This document shows, one piece after another, positions 9,189 through 19,556 of a DNA stretch of 64,000 nt (its first letter is position 1; each line of letters opens with the position of its first letter). This DNA comes from Nannocystales bacterium. Its GTDB lineage: Bacteria > Myxococcota_A > Polyangia > Nannocystales > Nannocystaceae. The notes under the pieces were generated by a model. The model did not search any database, was not told the origin of the DNA, and was given only the letters and a program-made list of their open reading frames with translations. Both the position numbers and the translations under genes were made by a program. The stretch is from NCBI GenBank assembly GCA_050633305.1, contig JBOEGF010000005.1:352001-416000 (forward strand), given 5' to 3'.

Positions 9189-10319
9189 GTGAGCGCTGTT
9201 TGGAGACGCTGTACCGCGTTTTGGGTCGCTGCTTGCCTGTGGGGCTTGGGTCTTCCGGTTCCCATGGCGAACGCTGCGGCGACCCTCGTTCCCGCTGCGG
9301 CACCTGGGGAAGGCACGGCGACGGTCGCGGTGCTGCCTCTGCAGGTCGAGGGCGAGCTCAGTCCTGCCGACCGCGAGAGCCTGACCAATGAACTGGTCTC
9401 TGGGCTCGAGCGTGGCGCCTTCGGTGTCGTGGGTCCGGCCGAGGTGTTGAGCGCGTCGCCCAAAGCCGAGGGCTGTGAGAAGGCAAAGTGCCTTGCCGCT
9501 GCGGCGAGCGACACGGACGCGACGCACGTCTTGAGGGCTCGGATCACGGTGGTCGATCGCGACTACACCGTGGCGGTTGAACTCTACGACGGTCGAACTG
9601 GCGACTCGCTGGCCAAGACGGATGAGTCTTGCGAGATCTGCGGCATCACGGACGCGGGGAACCTGATGGAGACCGCCGCCGCGACGCTTCGGACGAAGCT
9701 CGACGCGCTTGCGAAGGGTCCCAGTACGCTTTCGATCGTGTCCGAGCCCGACGGGGCAGAGGTCATGCTCGATGGGGAGATCATTGGGGTGACTCCACTG
9801 GAACGTCCCGTCATTCCTGGGAAGGCGGTCGTTCGAGTCTCCAAGGAGGGCTTCATCGGCATCGAACGAGAAGTCGAGCTCGTCGAGGGCGTCGCAGAGA
9901 GCCTGTCCTTCGACCTCGAGAAGGTCCCAAGTCGGCTTCCTTCACGTCCGTGGGGATGGGTCTCGCTGGGGCTTGGTGTTGCGGCTCTCGGCGCTGCGAC
10001 GACGTTTGCCGTGTTCGGCGCGACCGAACGCGAGTACAAGCTCGGCGGCGACACCCAGAACAACTGCTTTCGCAACGAGGACGAGAGCGGAAACTGCAAG
10101 TACGTGTGGAACACCGAGTGGCACGCGTTGGGGTTGGGCATTGCGGGCGGCGCACTCACGACCCTGGGCATCGCCATCCTGCTCAACAGTCGAGGCGGGA
10201 AGCGAGCGAAGAGCGAGGACTCCGGTGGTGAACTCGACAGCAAGACCGCACGTCGCCGCAGCCGACGACCGCGAGTTGGGATCGGCTGGGGCAACCTGAC
10301 GCTTCAGGGCCGCTTCTAA
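9189..10319 (+). CDS. PEGA domain-containing exported/membrane protein
   Basis: Signal-like N-terminus, TolB-N-like segment (VAVLPL...), PEGA motif SEPDGAEVMLDGEIIGVTP, two C-terminal hydrophobic segments, terminal LTLQGRF. Start approximate. Confidence 0.8.
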   Translation: MSAVWRRCTAFWVAACLWGLGLPVPMANAAATLVPAAAPGEGTATVAVLPLQVEGELSPADRESLTNELVSGLERGAFGVVGPAEVLSASPKAEGCEKAKCLAAAASDTDATHVLRARITVVDRDYTVAVELYDGRTGDSLAKTDESCEICGITDAGNLMETAAATLRTKLDALAKGPSTLSIVSEPDGAEVMLDGEIIGVTPLERPVIPGKAVVRVSKEGFIGIEREVELVEGVAESLSFDLEKVPSRLPSRPWGWVSLGLGVAALGAATTFAVFGATEREYKLGGDTQNNCFRNEDESGNCKYVWNTEWHALGLGIAGGALTTLGIAILLNSRGGKRAKSEDSGGELDSKTARRRSRRPRVGIGWGNLTLQGRF

Positions 10320-10329
10320 GGGAGCGTCC

Positions 10330-12750
10330 CTAGCCGCCGGTCTTGGCGTGGACTTTGTCGATCCGGGCCTGAGCTCTCTTGGAGCCTTTGGCCTTCGCTT
10401 TCTCGTACTGCTCGAGCGCGTCGCGGTAGCGCAGCACCTTGAAGTACGCGTCGCCGAGCTTGAGGCGGTAGCTCTGGTTGGCGGGTGACGCCCGAACGGC
10501 CCGCTCGGCGTATTCGAGCGCCTTCTGGCTCTTTCCGGTATCGAAGTAGACGTCGCTGAGACCCATCAGGGCCTTGGCGTTCTTCCGGTCGAACGAGATC
10601 GCCTGGTTGAACAACGATGATGCTTTGGAGCGCTGACCGGCTCGCAGCGCGGCGAGTCCCTGTTCGGCGAGCTCGGTTGCTTTGTGAGGGTCGCGCTCAG
10701 CCTGGCCGAGGAGCTCGGTGGGGTCCTTGGTCCTCGTTCGACGGGTCTTGCGTGCGCGGTGACCCGTGTTGACAGCCGGCTCCTCGGTCACCTCAACCGG
10801 AGGTTCTTCGGGGGCCGGGTCCAGCGCGAAATCGGCAGGGTCTGGGGTCGGCGGTGCCTTGGTGACCGCCGCGACAAGGGGGTCGACGTCGTCCTGTTGT
10901 GCTTTACGTCGGCGTCTGCCTTTGAGCAGCTTGCGGCCGACCCCGGCACCGACCATGACCATCGAGGGATCGTCCTCGGCCTTGTCCATGATGGCGGCCA
11001 TCTCCGCGAGCTTGGCCTCCTTCTTCTGGGGGTCCTGCTCGACCTCGGCTGCTGCGGCGACGGACATCGCCCGGTCGGCGTTGGTGAAGACGCCTTGCTT
11101 CGCCTTGTCGATGTACATGCCCAGGGCGACGGGCGAGGTCTTCGAGCGCTCGAAGGCGTACTCGTTGGTCTCGTCGAAGACGAGCGCGTAGAAGTAGTAC
11201 TGGCTCGCAAGCCCCTTCGCGTCGCTTTCGTACAGCTCGTCCGCGTACTTGATGAGCGTTGAGGAAAACTCCTTGCGCAGGAGGAGGCCCCGCTCGTCGC
11301 CAAGGTCTTCGGCGCTGCCTTCGAGGTCCTCGAGCTCGAGTACCTTCACATAGGCGCTCGCCTCCGGGTCGTCCTCGGGGGGCACAACCCAGTGGGTGCG
11401 GGAGGCTTCACTGCGTGCCTCGGTCGTCAGACGTTCGACGTCGTCGACCTCCTCCTCCGTCGGTCCGCCGCTTGTCCACAGGAAGAGTCCGAGTCCCGCG
11501 GCGGCGAGCGTGCTGAGCCCTGCGACGACGGGCCAGAGCCAGCTACGGTGGGTGCCTGCGCTGGCGTGCGCCGAAGGCATGCGAGCAGCGATCGCCGCCA
11601 TACGCTCTGGCTCGTCGGGGAGGTCCGGCAGTGGGAGGTCGTCCCAGTCTGTCTGAATCCCCGCGGCGATCTGGGCCTCGCAGAGCGCGGCTTCGAGGTC
11701 CGCGGTGTCGGTGAAGCGGTCGGCGGGGTTTTTCGCCAGGCACCGCATGATGACGTTGTCGAGCGCCGGGTGGATCTCTGCGCCTGGGCGGGCCTGCCTG
11801 GGAGAGATTGGGGTCTCGTGGACCTGCAGCTCCAGCAGGGCCTCGATCGTCTTGGCGTCGAAGGGTGGCTTGCCGACGAGGAACTCGTACGCCATGCAGC
11901 CGACCGCATAGATATCGAGCCGGCCATCGAATGGTTTGGAGAGGATGAGCTCCGGCGCCATGTAGTGGGGCGTGCCAGCCAAGCCGCTGCCTCCCTGAGC
12001 GCTCGCCGCCAACATCGAGGAGATCCCGAAGTCGACGATCTTGATCTGCTCGCGACCGTCGGGCGCCGACGTGGTGAGAATGTTCTCCGGCTTGATGTCT
12101 CGGTGAACGACGCCAGCTCGGTGCGCGACGCCCAGACCCTTGCAGGTCTGCCGCAGGAGCGCGATGAACGTCCCCGGGTCCATGCTGTACTGCTCGTCAG
12201 GCGGCACGAGGTCGTGCCCGTCGAGAAGCTCCATGACGAAGAACAGTCGCCCATCGGACAGCTCGCCAAAGTCGTAGAGGTCGACGAGGTACTGTGAGCC
12301 GAGGCGACCTGCTGCCTTCGCCTCGTCCTTGAAGACCTTGGTCATGTGCGCCTGCTGGCTCAGGTCGAACCGCAGGATCTTCAGCGCCACACGACGCTCG
12401 ATGTCGACATGTTCGGCCTCGTAGACGACGCCCATGCCGCCCTCGCCGAGCCATCGGATGATCTTGTAGCGCGTCCCGGGGATGACCTTTCCCTGGGTCA
12501 GGCGTAGTTTGGCGTCGGAGCCAGGGGTTTGCAGCGCTTCGCCGCCGTGCACGTACGTCCCCACCCGGTTCTCACGGGGAAGGGTCGGGGCGTTGTCGGC
12601 CTGTGGAGGGCCTACCGGACGCGTCGGTCCGGGGGGCGCGGAGGGGGGCACCGCACCCCGGGCGATCTGGGTCGGGGCTCGACCGATGACAGACTGGCTG
12701 GGGTCGGTCGTGTCGGACACGGCCGGTTGTGTCGATGGGCGAGCAGGCAT
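10330..12750 (-). CDS. Transmembrane Ser/Thr kinase with C-terminal TPR repeats
   Basis: GEGGMGVVY, VALKIL, HRDIKPEN, DFG, TM WLWPVVAGL..., TPR-like C-terminus. Confidence 0.93.
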   Translation of the reverse strand: MPARPSTQPAVSDTTDPSQSVIGRAPTQIARGAVPPSAPPGPTRPVGPPQADNAPTLPRENRVGTYVHGGEALQTPGSDAKLRLTQGKVIPGTRYKIIRWLGEGGMGVVYEAEHVDIERRVALKILRFDLSQQAHMTKVFKDEAKAAGRLGSQYLVDLYDFGELSDGRLFFVMELLDGHDLVPPDEQYSMDPGTFIALLRQTCKGLGVAHRAGVVHRDIKPENILTTSAPDGREQIKIVDFGISSMLAASAQGGSGLAGTPHYMAPELILSKPFDGRLDIYAVGCMAYEFLVGKPPFDAKTIEALLELQVHETPISPRQARPGAEIHPALDNVIMRCLAKNPADRFTDTADLEAALCEAQIAAGIQTDWDDLPLPDLPDEPERMAAIAARMPSAHASAGTHRSWLWPVVAGLSTLAAAGLGLFLWTSGGPTEEEVDDVERLTTEARSEASRTHWVVPPEDDPEASAYVKVLELEDLEGSAEDLGDERGLLLRKEFSSTLIKYADELYESDAKGLASQYYFYALVFDETNEYAFERSKTSPVALGMYIDKAKQGVFTNADRAMSVAAAAEVEQDPQKKEAKLAEMAAIMDKAEDDPSMVMVGAGVGRKLLKGRRRRKAQQDDVDPLVAAVTKAPPTPDPADFALDPAPEEPPVEVTEEPAVNTGHRARKTRRTRTKDPTELLGQAERDPHKATELAEQGLAALRAGQRSKASSLFNQAISFDRKNAKALMGLSDVYFDTGKSQKALEYAERAVRASPANQSYRLKLGDAYFKVLRYRDALEQYEKAKAKGSKRAQARIDKVHAKTGG

Positions 12751-12820
12751 GTCTATCTAAGTGGGCTAGGCCGCCTAATTGTAGGGATCGCCGCCGCGCC
12801 TTTCAAAGATGCGACGCGCG

Positions 12821-13960
12821 CTACAGCTCGGGCTTTGGCGGTGGCAGAGCCTCGTAGACCCCAGCAAGCCCGGAAGACAAGCGTACCGTGCCATCGCGCT
12901 GGATGATCACGGCATCGAGGTCCGGGCGCGATTCCACGAACGCCAGACCCGCTTCGGCACCCATGACCGTGACAGCTGTACAGTACGCGTCGGCTTGGGA
13001 TGCGTCCTTCGCCAGCAGTGTGACGCTTTTGGGACTCTTTCCCTGCTCGATCGGCCATCCGGTTGTCGGGTCCAAGATGTGGGCGTAGCGCCGACCCTCG
13101 TGCTCGAAGAACCGCATGTAGTCGCCCGACGTCACCACGGCGCGTTCCTGGATCGAAAGCACGCCGAGCGAGCCCGAGGTTTCCGGGTCCTTCACGCCGA
13201 CGCGCCACGGGTCGCCGCCCTTCGAACCAGCTGCGTACGTGTCGCCGCCGGCTTCGACAACGTGGTTGGCGAACCCGCGCTCGCGCAGCAGAGCCGACGC
13301 TCGGTCGACTGCGTAGCCTTTTGCGATGGCCCCGAGCCCAATCTTCATCCCGGAGGTGGGAAGCCGAGCTGTGCGTGCATCAGAGTCGAGTTCCACCGCT
13401 GCGCCGTCGACCGATGGAAGTGCGGCCTCGATTTGCTCAGCGCTCGGAGGTGTCGATCCGGCCTTGAAACTCCATAGGTGCCCAACGCCGTGAAACGTGA
13501 CGTCGAAGGTCCCGCGGGTCTCGGCGTGAATGCGTTTGGAGAGCTCCAGAACCTCGAACAGCTCCTTGGAAACCAGCATCGCGGCGCCGCCGGCCCCCTC
13601 GTTGAGGCGCGAGAGCTCGGTGTTGGGTTTCCACTCGCTCATCAGGCCCTCGATGCGGGCCATCTCGGCGAGCGCGTCCTGCATGGCGATGCCCGCTTTC
13701 TTGGCGTCTCCTTGCGGTCCAACGAAGACGTTGAGGGACACCGTGGTGCCCATCAGCTCGGACGTGCCGAACATGGTCCCGTCGCGTCGCACAGGAGGGG
13801 TGCCCTCCTGCGGCGCATTGATGTCGGGCGGCGCCTTGGAGGGCGCGTTCCCTGCCGCATGCCGGGCCGAAGTTTCGGGCAAGGGCTGGGGCTTCGGTGC
13901 CTCGGACTTGGAGCATGCGCTCAACAACGGCACTGCGAGCAGGACAGCAAACGATCTCAC
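12821..13960 (-). CDS. apbE: FAD:protein FMN transferase (ApbE) lipoprotein
   Basis: Lipobox LSAC; MGT, LGAIAKGYAVD, TSGDY, HILDPTTG, ADAYCT. Confidence 0.93.
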   Translation of the reverse strand: MRSFAVLLAVPLLSACSKSEAPKPQPLPETSARHAAGNAPSKAPPDINAPQEGTPPVRRDGTMFGTSELMGTTVSLNVFVGPQGDAKKAGIAMQDALAEMARIEGLMSEWKPNTELSRLNEGAGGAAMLVSKELFEVLELSKRIHAETRGTFDVTFHGVGHLWSFKAGSTPPSAEQIEAALPSVDGAAVELDSDARTARLPTSGMKIGLGAIAKGYAVDRASALLRERGFANHVVEAGGDTYAAGSKGGDPWRVGVKDPETSGSLGVLSIQERAVVTSGDYMRFFEHEGRRYAHILDPTTGWPIEQGKSPKSVTLLAKDASQADAYCTAVTVMGAEAGLAFVESRPDLDAVIIQRDGTVRLSSGLAGVYEALPPPKPEL

Positions 13961-15297
13961 GGTTCTTTTTTCTTGCCGACGCCAGGCGGAGGCGGTGGAG
14001 GGCTGGGCCGCGGGGGCGGCAACAGAGCCTTGATCCGTTTGAGGGTCTCGCCGGGCCGGTGGGCGTCGACGTGGACCAACTCGACTTCTTCGTCGTCGAG
14101 CTCCTCGACCGCATCGCCAACCACCGCCTGGTTGGAGTCGAACTCCAGCACCTGATCGAGCAGGGCGTCGAGGTTGGTATCGTTGCTCGGGTCGGGTGAT
14201 GGGTCGTCGAGCAGGGCCCTGATCGCGTCGTTTTCTGCGGCCTCGGAGCGGATGATCTTCCGTGGGGCCGTGATGCTTTCATCCGAGCTGTTGCCAGCCG
14301 GTGTGGCGCTGCTCTCGTCCGCATCGAAGTCGACGTCGAGTTCCGCTGCCGCGGTGTCGTCGGGCAGGGTGCCGGCCTCAGCTTGCGACCACAAGGTGTC
14401 CAAGCCGGGGAACCTGCGCCAGTACCGAGCGCCGGGGAGCACCCGCGGGTCCTCCCCCTCCATGGGCCGCTGCACGATGATGGCGCCCGCGACCGCGCTG
14501 ACCGTGAACAGCCCCGACGCGCAGTAGGCATCGATCGCCTCCTTGAACCGGAAGAAGGCTTGCTGCGGGTCCCCATCGCCGGAGACGACGGCTTTCCACA
14601 GTCGAAGCGGTCCCAGCTCGACCAGCGGAGAGAACAGGAACTCGCGTCCTGAGCCGAACAGCAGGGCGAAACGTTCCTGCTCGACGACGTAGTGGGCCGG
14701 GGTGAGCTGAAGGCGTGCCAGGGCTTGCGCGATCGCCGGGCCGGTTGGCCGCAGATTGGCCATCCGTCTCAGTCGGTTCTGCGCGTCGTCGAGCCCTTCG
14801 TCCCGGAGAACCTCGCGCAGGAGGTCTTCGGCTTCGGACCACGTCCCGTACATCGGGAGCGTGGCCATCAAGGTGCCGCCGGGCTTGGTGACGCGGAGCA
14901 GGCCTTCGAGGGCGTCGCCCAGGTCGTGGGCCTCGCGGAGCACGAGGTTGGCCACGACCAGGTCGTACAGCGAGTCGCCCATGTCGGCAACGGCCGCCGC
15001 GTCCTCAGCCTTGAGATAGACTCGGTTTTTCCACTCGGGTGCGATCTTGCTCTTGGCAAGGGCGCGCATGGCCTCCTGCGGCTCGAGTCCGAGGACGCGG
15101 ACGTTCGCAGGGAGGCGAGTGAGGAGCTGCTCGATCGTGTTGCCGACGCCGCTGTGGATGTCGAGCACCATGCCCTCCCGCAGGGGCGGCAGGTGACGCC
15201 ACAGGAGCCGTGCAAACCGCTCGTTCCAAACGGGGCCGACCTCGCGTTCGACCAAGCGCGCGACCTTTTGCTCGCGCAGGTTGGTAGCGATGGCCAC
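13957..15297 (-). CDS. Class I SAM-dependent methyltransferase-like protein with acidic/Pro-rich tail
   Basis: VLDIHSGVG (degenerate motif I), YDLVVAN, VTKPGG. GTGA-coupled to apbE. Confidence 0.7.
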   Translation of the reverse strand: MAIATNLREQKVARLVEREVGPVWNERFARLLWRHLPPLREGMVLDIHSGVGNTIEQLLTRLPANVRVLGLEPQEAMRALAKSKIAPEWKNRVYLKAEDAAAVADMGDSLYDLVVANLVLREAHDLGDALEGLLRVTKPGGTLMATLPMYGTWSEAEDLLREVLRDEGLDDAQNRLRRMANLRPTGPAIAQALARLQLTPAHYVVEQERFALLFGSGREFLFSPLVELGPLRLWKAVVSGDGDPQQAFFRFKEAIDAYCASGLFTVSAVAGAIIVQRPMEGEDPRVLPGARYWRRFPGLDTLWSQAEAGTLPDDTAAAELDVDFDADESSATPAGNSSDESITAPRKIIRSEAAENDAIRALLDDPSPDPSNDTNLDALLDQVLEFDSNQAVVGDAVEELDDEEVELVHVDAHRPGETLKRIKALLPPPRPSPPPPPPGVGKKKEP

Positions 15298-15303
15298 GAG
15301 TCT

Positions 15304-16467
15304 CTACTCCGGCACCATCAGGATGCTGAGTTCGATTCCGCCGTCGCCGTTGGCGCGGACGTTCTGCCCACCGTCGCAGGGACCGTCTGTGTTCGAGAGG
15401 CAGTAGTCCAGGCCGATGTTGACGGTCCACGGCCGGTCTCGGAACGCTTCGTCGACCTGGGGGCCGCCGATGGTCAGACCGTGGGTGAAGCCTTCGGGAC
15501 CGCCTGCTCCGCTTGCGATCGTTGCGTTGGTGATTTGGAACGTGTCTGCGTCGAACGGCGAGGCGTTGATGTTGAACGCAAACCCGAAGAAGCAGCTCGA
15601 GCCGCAGTCGTCGGGTGAGGTGATCGTGAACAACGGGTCGTCGTCGACCCCGACCGAAAGGGCGGCGCCGGGATTGAACGTCCGGAAGATCGGGACGAGC
15701 GTGCTGTCGACCCCGTCGTCGCTGAGGTCGGAGTGGTCGACGGCGACGTCGTAGCCACCGGGTTCATCGTTGGTGACGCAGTACGGGACGAACACCTCGG
15801 CCCCGGATTGGCTTCCTCGGACGATGAACACCCAGGTGCCGAAACGGTCTTCGGTCACCGAGCCTTCGATGGCGCAGGTCTCCGCGTTGACCGAGATGCC
15901 GGCGGGGCGGCGCCCGTTTCCGGTCCCGCCATCGCTGCTGCATCGGATGGGCGTGCCATCGCCCGTGCCGTCGACAACCAGGTCGAGCAGGGTCTCCTCA
16001 CCCGGTCGCAGGCAGAACGGGACCTCGCCGACGGCCAGCGCCTGATCGACGTCGAGACCCTCGTTGATCACGATGTCGCAGGTGGTCGCGGCCATGCCCG
16101 TGCTGTCCATCACGGTGAAGTCGACCGAGGTCGTCGCCGCGGTGGTGGGTGTGCCCGTGATCCGACCGGAGCGCTCGTCGATCTCCAGGCCTTCGGGAAG
16201 CGTCTCCGCGATCCAGGTGCGAGACCCGTCGTCCATCGCCGACACCTCGGGGGTGAAGTCGTAGTCGGCACCGACCGCGCCCTCGGGGAATGCATCGCAG
16301 TCGAGGTCGAGGTCCCCGGCGGTGTCATTACCGGCGGTGATCGAGGGCTCGGAGTAGGCGTCTGGAGCGTCGAGATCGCTCGTGCACGCACCAAGGAGTC
16401 CGGCTGCGAACAGAGCAAGCCCGGCAGCGGGTCGAGCGAGGAGGGTGGCGTCAACGCGTGGGCGCAT
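15304..16467 (-). CDS. Lipoprotein with putative Ig (He_PIG) domains
   Basis: Lipobox LGAC; LPEGLEIDERSGRITGTPT motif plus a second degenerate copy. Confidence 0.8.
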   Translation of the reverse strand: MRPRVDATLLARPAAGLALFAAGLLGACTSDLDAPDAYSEPSITAGNDTAGDLDLDCDAFPEGAVGADYDFTPEVSAMDDGSRTWIAETLPEGLEIDERSGRITGTPTTAATTSVDFTVMDSTGMAATTCDIVINEGLDVDQALAVGEVPFCLRPGEETLLDLVVDGTGDGTPIRCSSDGGTGNGRRPAGISVNAETCAIEGSVTEDRFGTWVFIVRGSQSGAEVFVPYCVTNDEPGGYDVAVDHSDLSDDGVDSTLVPIFRTFNPGAALSVGVDDDPLFTITSPDDCGSSCFFGFAFNINASPFDADTFQITNATIASGAGGPEGFTHGLTIGGPQVDEAFRDRPWTVNIGLDYCLSNTDGPCDGGQNVRANGDGGIELSILMVPE

Positions 16468-16508
16468 GGCGAAAAACCGGAGTGAACCCTAACACGACGG
16501 GGGCAGCT

Positions 16509-17927
16509 CTATGAAGCGGGGGTGCCGACCGCGGCTTCGACGTCAGCGATCTCTTTCGGGATCGCGGCGCTGAGGATCTCTGGCTCAGCGTCCGTACACA
16601 GCACATCGTCCTCGATGCGGATGCCACGGACGTCTGCGAACCGGGCCAGCGCTTCTTTGTTCAGGGTGCCGTCGGCCAGGAACGGGCCAGCGATCCGCTC
16701 GCTCTCAAGGATGGCGGGGACGAGGTAGATGCCCGGTTCGATGGTGACGACCATGCCGGGTTCCAGGTCCCGGTCGAGGCGGAGGAATCCCAGACCGAAC
16801 TGATCGCTGCGGGTACGACCTTGTGCGTATCCGGCCCGATCGCCGAGGTCCTCCATGTCGTGCACGTCGAGGCCCAGGACATGTCCCACGCCGTGCGGGA
16901 AGAGCAAGGCATGGGCTCCTCGCTCGACGAGGCCCTCGGGATCTCCACGGAGGATGCCTTCGTCGACGAGGCCGCGGGCCAGCACGAGGCTCGCGTGCAG
17001 GTGAATGTCGCGGTAGCGGGCGCCCGGTTTGACCATGGCGCAGGCTTCCTTCTCGGCTTGAAGCACGATGTCGTACAGGGCTCGTTGCGTCGCGCTGAAC
17101 CTCCCTTGTACGGGCCACGTGCGGGTGACGTCACTGGCCCAGCCGCGGTGCTCGCCGCCAAGGTCGGCGAGCAGCAGGTCCGAGGGCCCGAGACGATGGT
17201 GGTACTCGGTGTTGTGCAGGACCTCGCCGTGGACTGTGACGATGCTGCCGTACGCGGGCTCGCACCCGCGAGCGAGAAGCTCGCGTTCCATCGCCGCGCG
17301 AATGTCGTGCTCGAGCAAGCCTGGTTTGGTGACCGCCATACCGGCCCGGTGCGCAGCGGTCGTGGCCTCGACGGCCGAGCGGATCATGTCGATCGCGCCG
17401 GGGTCGTGGCGGAGTCGAAGCTCGATCATCGCATCGGCGAGCGTGAGGTCGAGTTCGTCCAGGTTGTCGACGGACGGTGCTCGGGCCGGGTCCCACGTCC
17501 GGCCGAGCAGCGCGCACTGTTTTGCCCGAGTCTGAGGGTCCGCGGAGGGCAGGGTGCCGATCTCGCCAGCGGCTTGCAGCGCGTCGGTCAACTCGCTCAA
17601 CGGGCGGACCGCGTCGACGCCGGTCGCCTTGCCGATGGCTGCGAGGGAGGGCGAGGCGCCGTGCCACAGCGCGTCGTCGGCATCGGGCGGGATGATGAAC
17701 AGCTCGCAGCGGCCCGCGTGCAGGATCAGCGCAGCCTCGGGCATGCCGGCACCGACCAGATACAAAAAGTGTGAGTCGGCCCGGTACGGGTAGACGTTGG
17801 CAGGGTAGTTCCGCGAGCGTTGCCCCCCGGAGAAGATGACGGCGGCCTGGTTCCCCAGCGCGCTGCAAAGCGCGGAGCGGCGGTTGGAGAAGACTTGGGG
17901 CGACTGCACCGGAAGCTGGCCCGACAT
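16509..17927 (-). CDS. pepP: Xaa-Pro aminopeptidase (aminopeptidase P, M24B)
   Basis: YRADSHFLYL, LADLGG, SDVTRT, HGVGHVLGLDVHD, TIEPGIY, GIRIEDDV. Confidence 0.93.
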   Translation of the reverse strand: MSGQLPVQSPQVFSNRRSALCSALGNQAAVIFSGGQRSRNYPANVYPYRADSHFLYLVGAGMPEAALILHAGRCELFIIPPDADDALWHGASPSLAAIGKATGVDAVRPLSELTDALQAAGEIGTLPSADPQTRAKQCALLGRTWDPARAPSVDNLDELDLTLADAMIELRLRHDPGAIDMIRSAVEATTAAHRAGMAVTKPGLLEHDIRAAMERELLARGCEPAYGSIVTVHGEVLHNTEYHHRLGPSDLLLADLGGEHRGWASDVTRTWPVQGRFSATQRALYDIVLQAEKEACAMVKPGARYRDIHLHASLVLARGLVDEGILRGDPEGLVERGAHALLFPHGVGHVLGLDVHDMEDLGDRAGYAQGRTRSDQFGLGFLRLDRDLEPGMVVTIEPGIYLVPAILESERIAGPFLADGTLNKEALARFADVRGIRIEDDVLCTDAEPEILSAAIPKEIADVEAAVGTPAS

Positions 17928-18096
17928 GCGGTGAGAATACTTGGTTCGTCCGAGGTGCGACGATCGGTTTGAATTCGAGCCGCAACGGACGCCTATGGGG
18001 ACGTACTGTGCGGGTCGCCGCAGTTCGAGCGCTGCTCTGCGCCATCGCTCGGTGGGGTTTTCCGCCCGAGGCGCCAGACTGTTACCCTCCCGCCCC

Positions 18097-19551
18097 GTGA
18101 GCGAGCCGTCTGACGCGTCGCCAAAGAGCGAAGAAGCCCCGACCGCGCCCCCGCTGCGGTCCGGCTTTCTGTCGCGTCTCCCACCGGACCGTCGCTTCCT
18201 GCTGCTGTTGCTGGTGCTGGGCCTCGCGAGCCGCTTCGCGTGGGTCCTGTGGATTCACCCGCCGGTGGATTACGTGTTCTCGGACATGGCCAAGTATGTC
18301 CACCGTGCCCAGGCGCTGGCCGAAGATGGGTTCGTTTGGGGCGATCGCACGCTTGCTTGGCAAGCTTGGGGCACGCACTACATCCTCGCGATTCCCCTGC
18401 GGCTGTTCGGCAAGGACAACCTCGTCGCGGGCTCGGTGTTGTGGGGGATGATGGGCGCGCTGACCGTGCCGCTGGCGTACCTCGTCGGCTGCCGGGTTTG
18501 CAGTACGCCGCTGCTGGCGAAGATCGTTGGCGTGGCGGCGTTGGTATGGCTGCCCAGTCTGAGCAACTCGGGCAGCTTCCTCTCGGAGACCCCGTTTCTG
18601 TTCTTTCAGTTGTGGTCGACGTACTGGCTGCTGTGCACGCTGCAAGACGGCAAGCGGGCGCTGGGGGCCGGTCTCGTGTCGGCCGTGGCTCTGGCGGTGC
18701 GTCCTCAGAGCGCGCTGTTCTTCCTACTGGTGTTCATCGCGTGGTTGGTCAACATCAAGCGGCTTCGTCACGTCCGATGGTTTCACCTCGTGGCGATCGC
18801 CGCTCCGATCATCGCGATGCTCGGGTTCTCGATGTGGCGGTTCGAGCAGCACACCGGGTACGGCCCCGGCGTCGCGGAGAACGCCAACATGAACCTGACG
18901 GCGGCGCGATGTCACAACATCGTCACGCAGGCCTTCCGGACCGAGGCGCACAAGAAGCGGAGCGAGCGGCGTAAGAACACGCGAGATGGACGAAGGGTGA
19001 GCCTGCCGGGCTATCGGCTCATCGCGAAGAGAGTCCCCGACGACAGTCTTCTCGGGCTTCGGCCGGCCCTGGGCGGCCAGACCATTCGTATGGTTGGCTA
19101 CATCGGTGACCCGGAGATCCACCGGGAGATTCGCAATGAATGTTACGAGCAGACGGGCGTCGTCGAACAAGTCCGCTACAGCATGGTGAACATGTCCCTG
19201 CTGTGGTTTGTCGGACAGCAGTGGCCCGAGAAGGAGAAGGGGCGCAAGTGGTTCTTGCCGCCCGTGGAGGGGTTCAAGCACCTCTACCAAGTGGCGATCT
19301 GGATCCCCTCGCTCATCGGCATGGTCTGGTTCATGGTGTGGATTCGGCGCCGGCCGTCGATGTCGCTCATCGCGTTCCAGACCTTCACCTCGACGGCGAT
19401 CGCGGGGTTGTTCTTCGGGTCGATTCGGCTGCGAACCCCGTACGACATCTACGCGATCATTCTGGCTGCCGAGGTCTTCGCTGTGGTGTACGTGCGTGTG
19501 CAGGCATATCGTGCTGCGGCGGCACTCAAAGCCGAAGCTGAATCCGAGTGA
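18097..19551 (+). CDS. GT-C (ArnT/PMT-like, GT39/83) membrane glycosyltransferase
   Basis: Polytopic membrane protein; FSDMAKY after TM1, LSETPFLF, AVRP. Start approximate. Confidence 0.7.
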   Translation: MSEPSDASPKSEEAPTAPPLRSGFLSRLPPDRRFLLLLLVLGLASRFAWVLWIHPPVDYVFSDMAKYVHRAQALAEDGFVWGDRTLAWQAWGTHYILAIPLRLFGKDNLVAGSVLWGMMGALTVPLAYLVGCRVCSTPLLAKIVGVAALVWLPSLSNSGSFLSETPFLFFQLWSTYWLLCTLQDGKRALGAGLVSAVALAVRPQSALFFLLVFIAWLVNIKRLRHVRWFHLVAIAAPIIAMLGFSMWRFEQHTGYGPGVAENANMNLTAARCHNIVTQAFRTEAHKKRSERRKNTRDGRRVSLPGYRLIAKRVPDDSLLGLRPALGGQTIRMVGYIGDPEIHREIRNECYEQTGVVEQVRYSMVNMSLLWFVGQQWPEKEKGRKWFLPPVEGFKHLYQVAIWIPSLIGMVWFMVWIRRRPSMSLIAFQTFTSTAIAGLFFGSIRLRTPYDIYAIILAAEVFAVVYVRVQAYRAAAALKAEAESE

Positions 19552-19556
19552 GGCAC

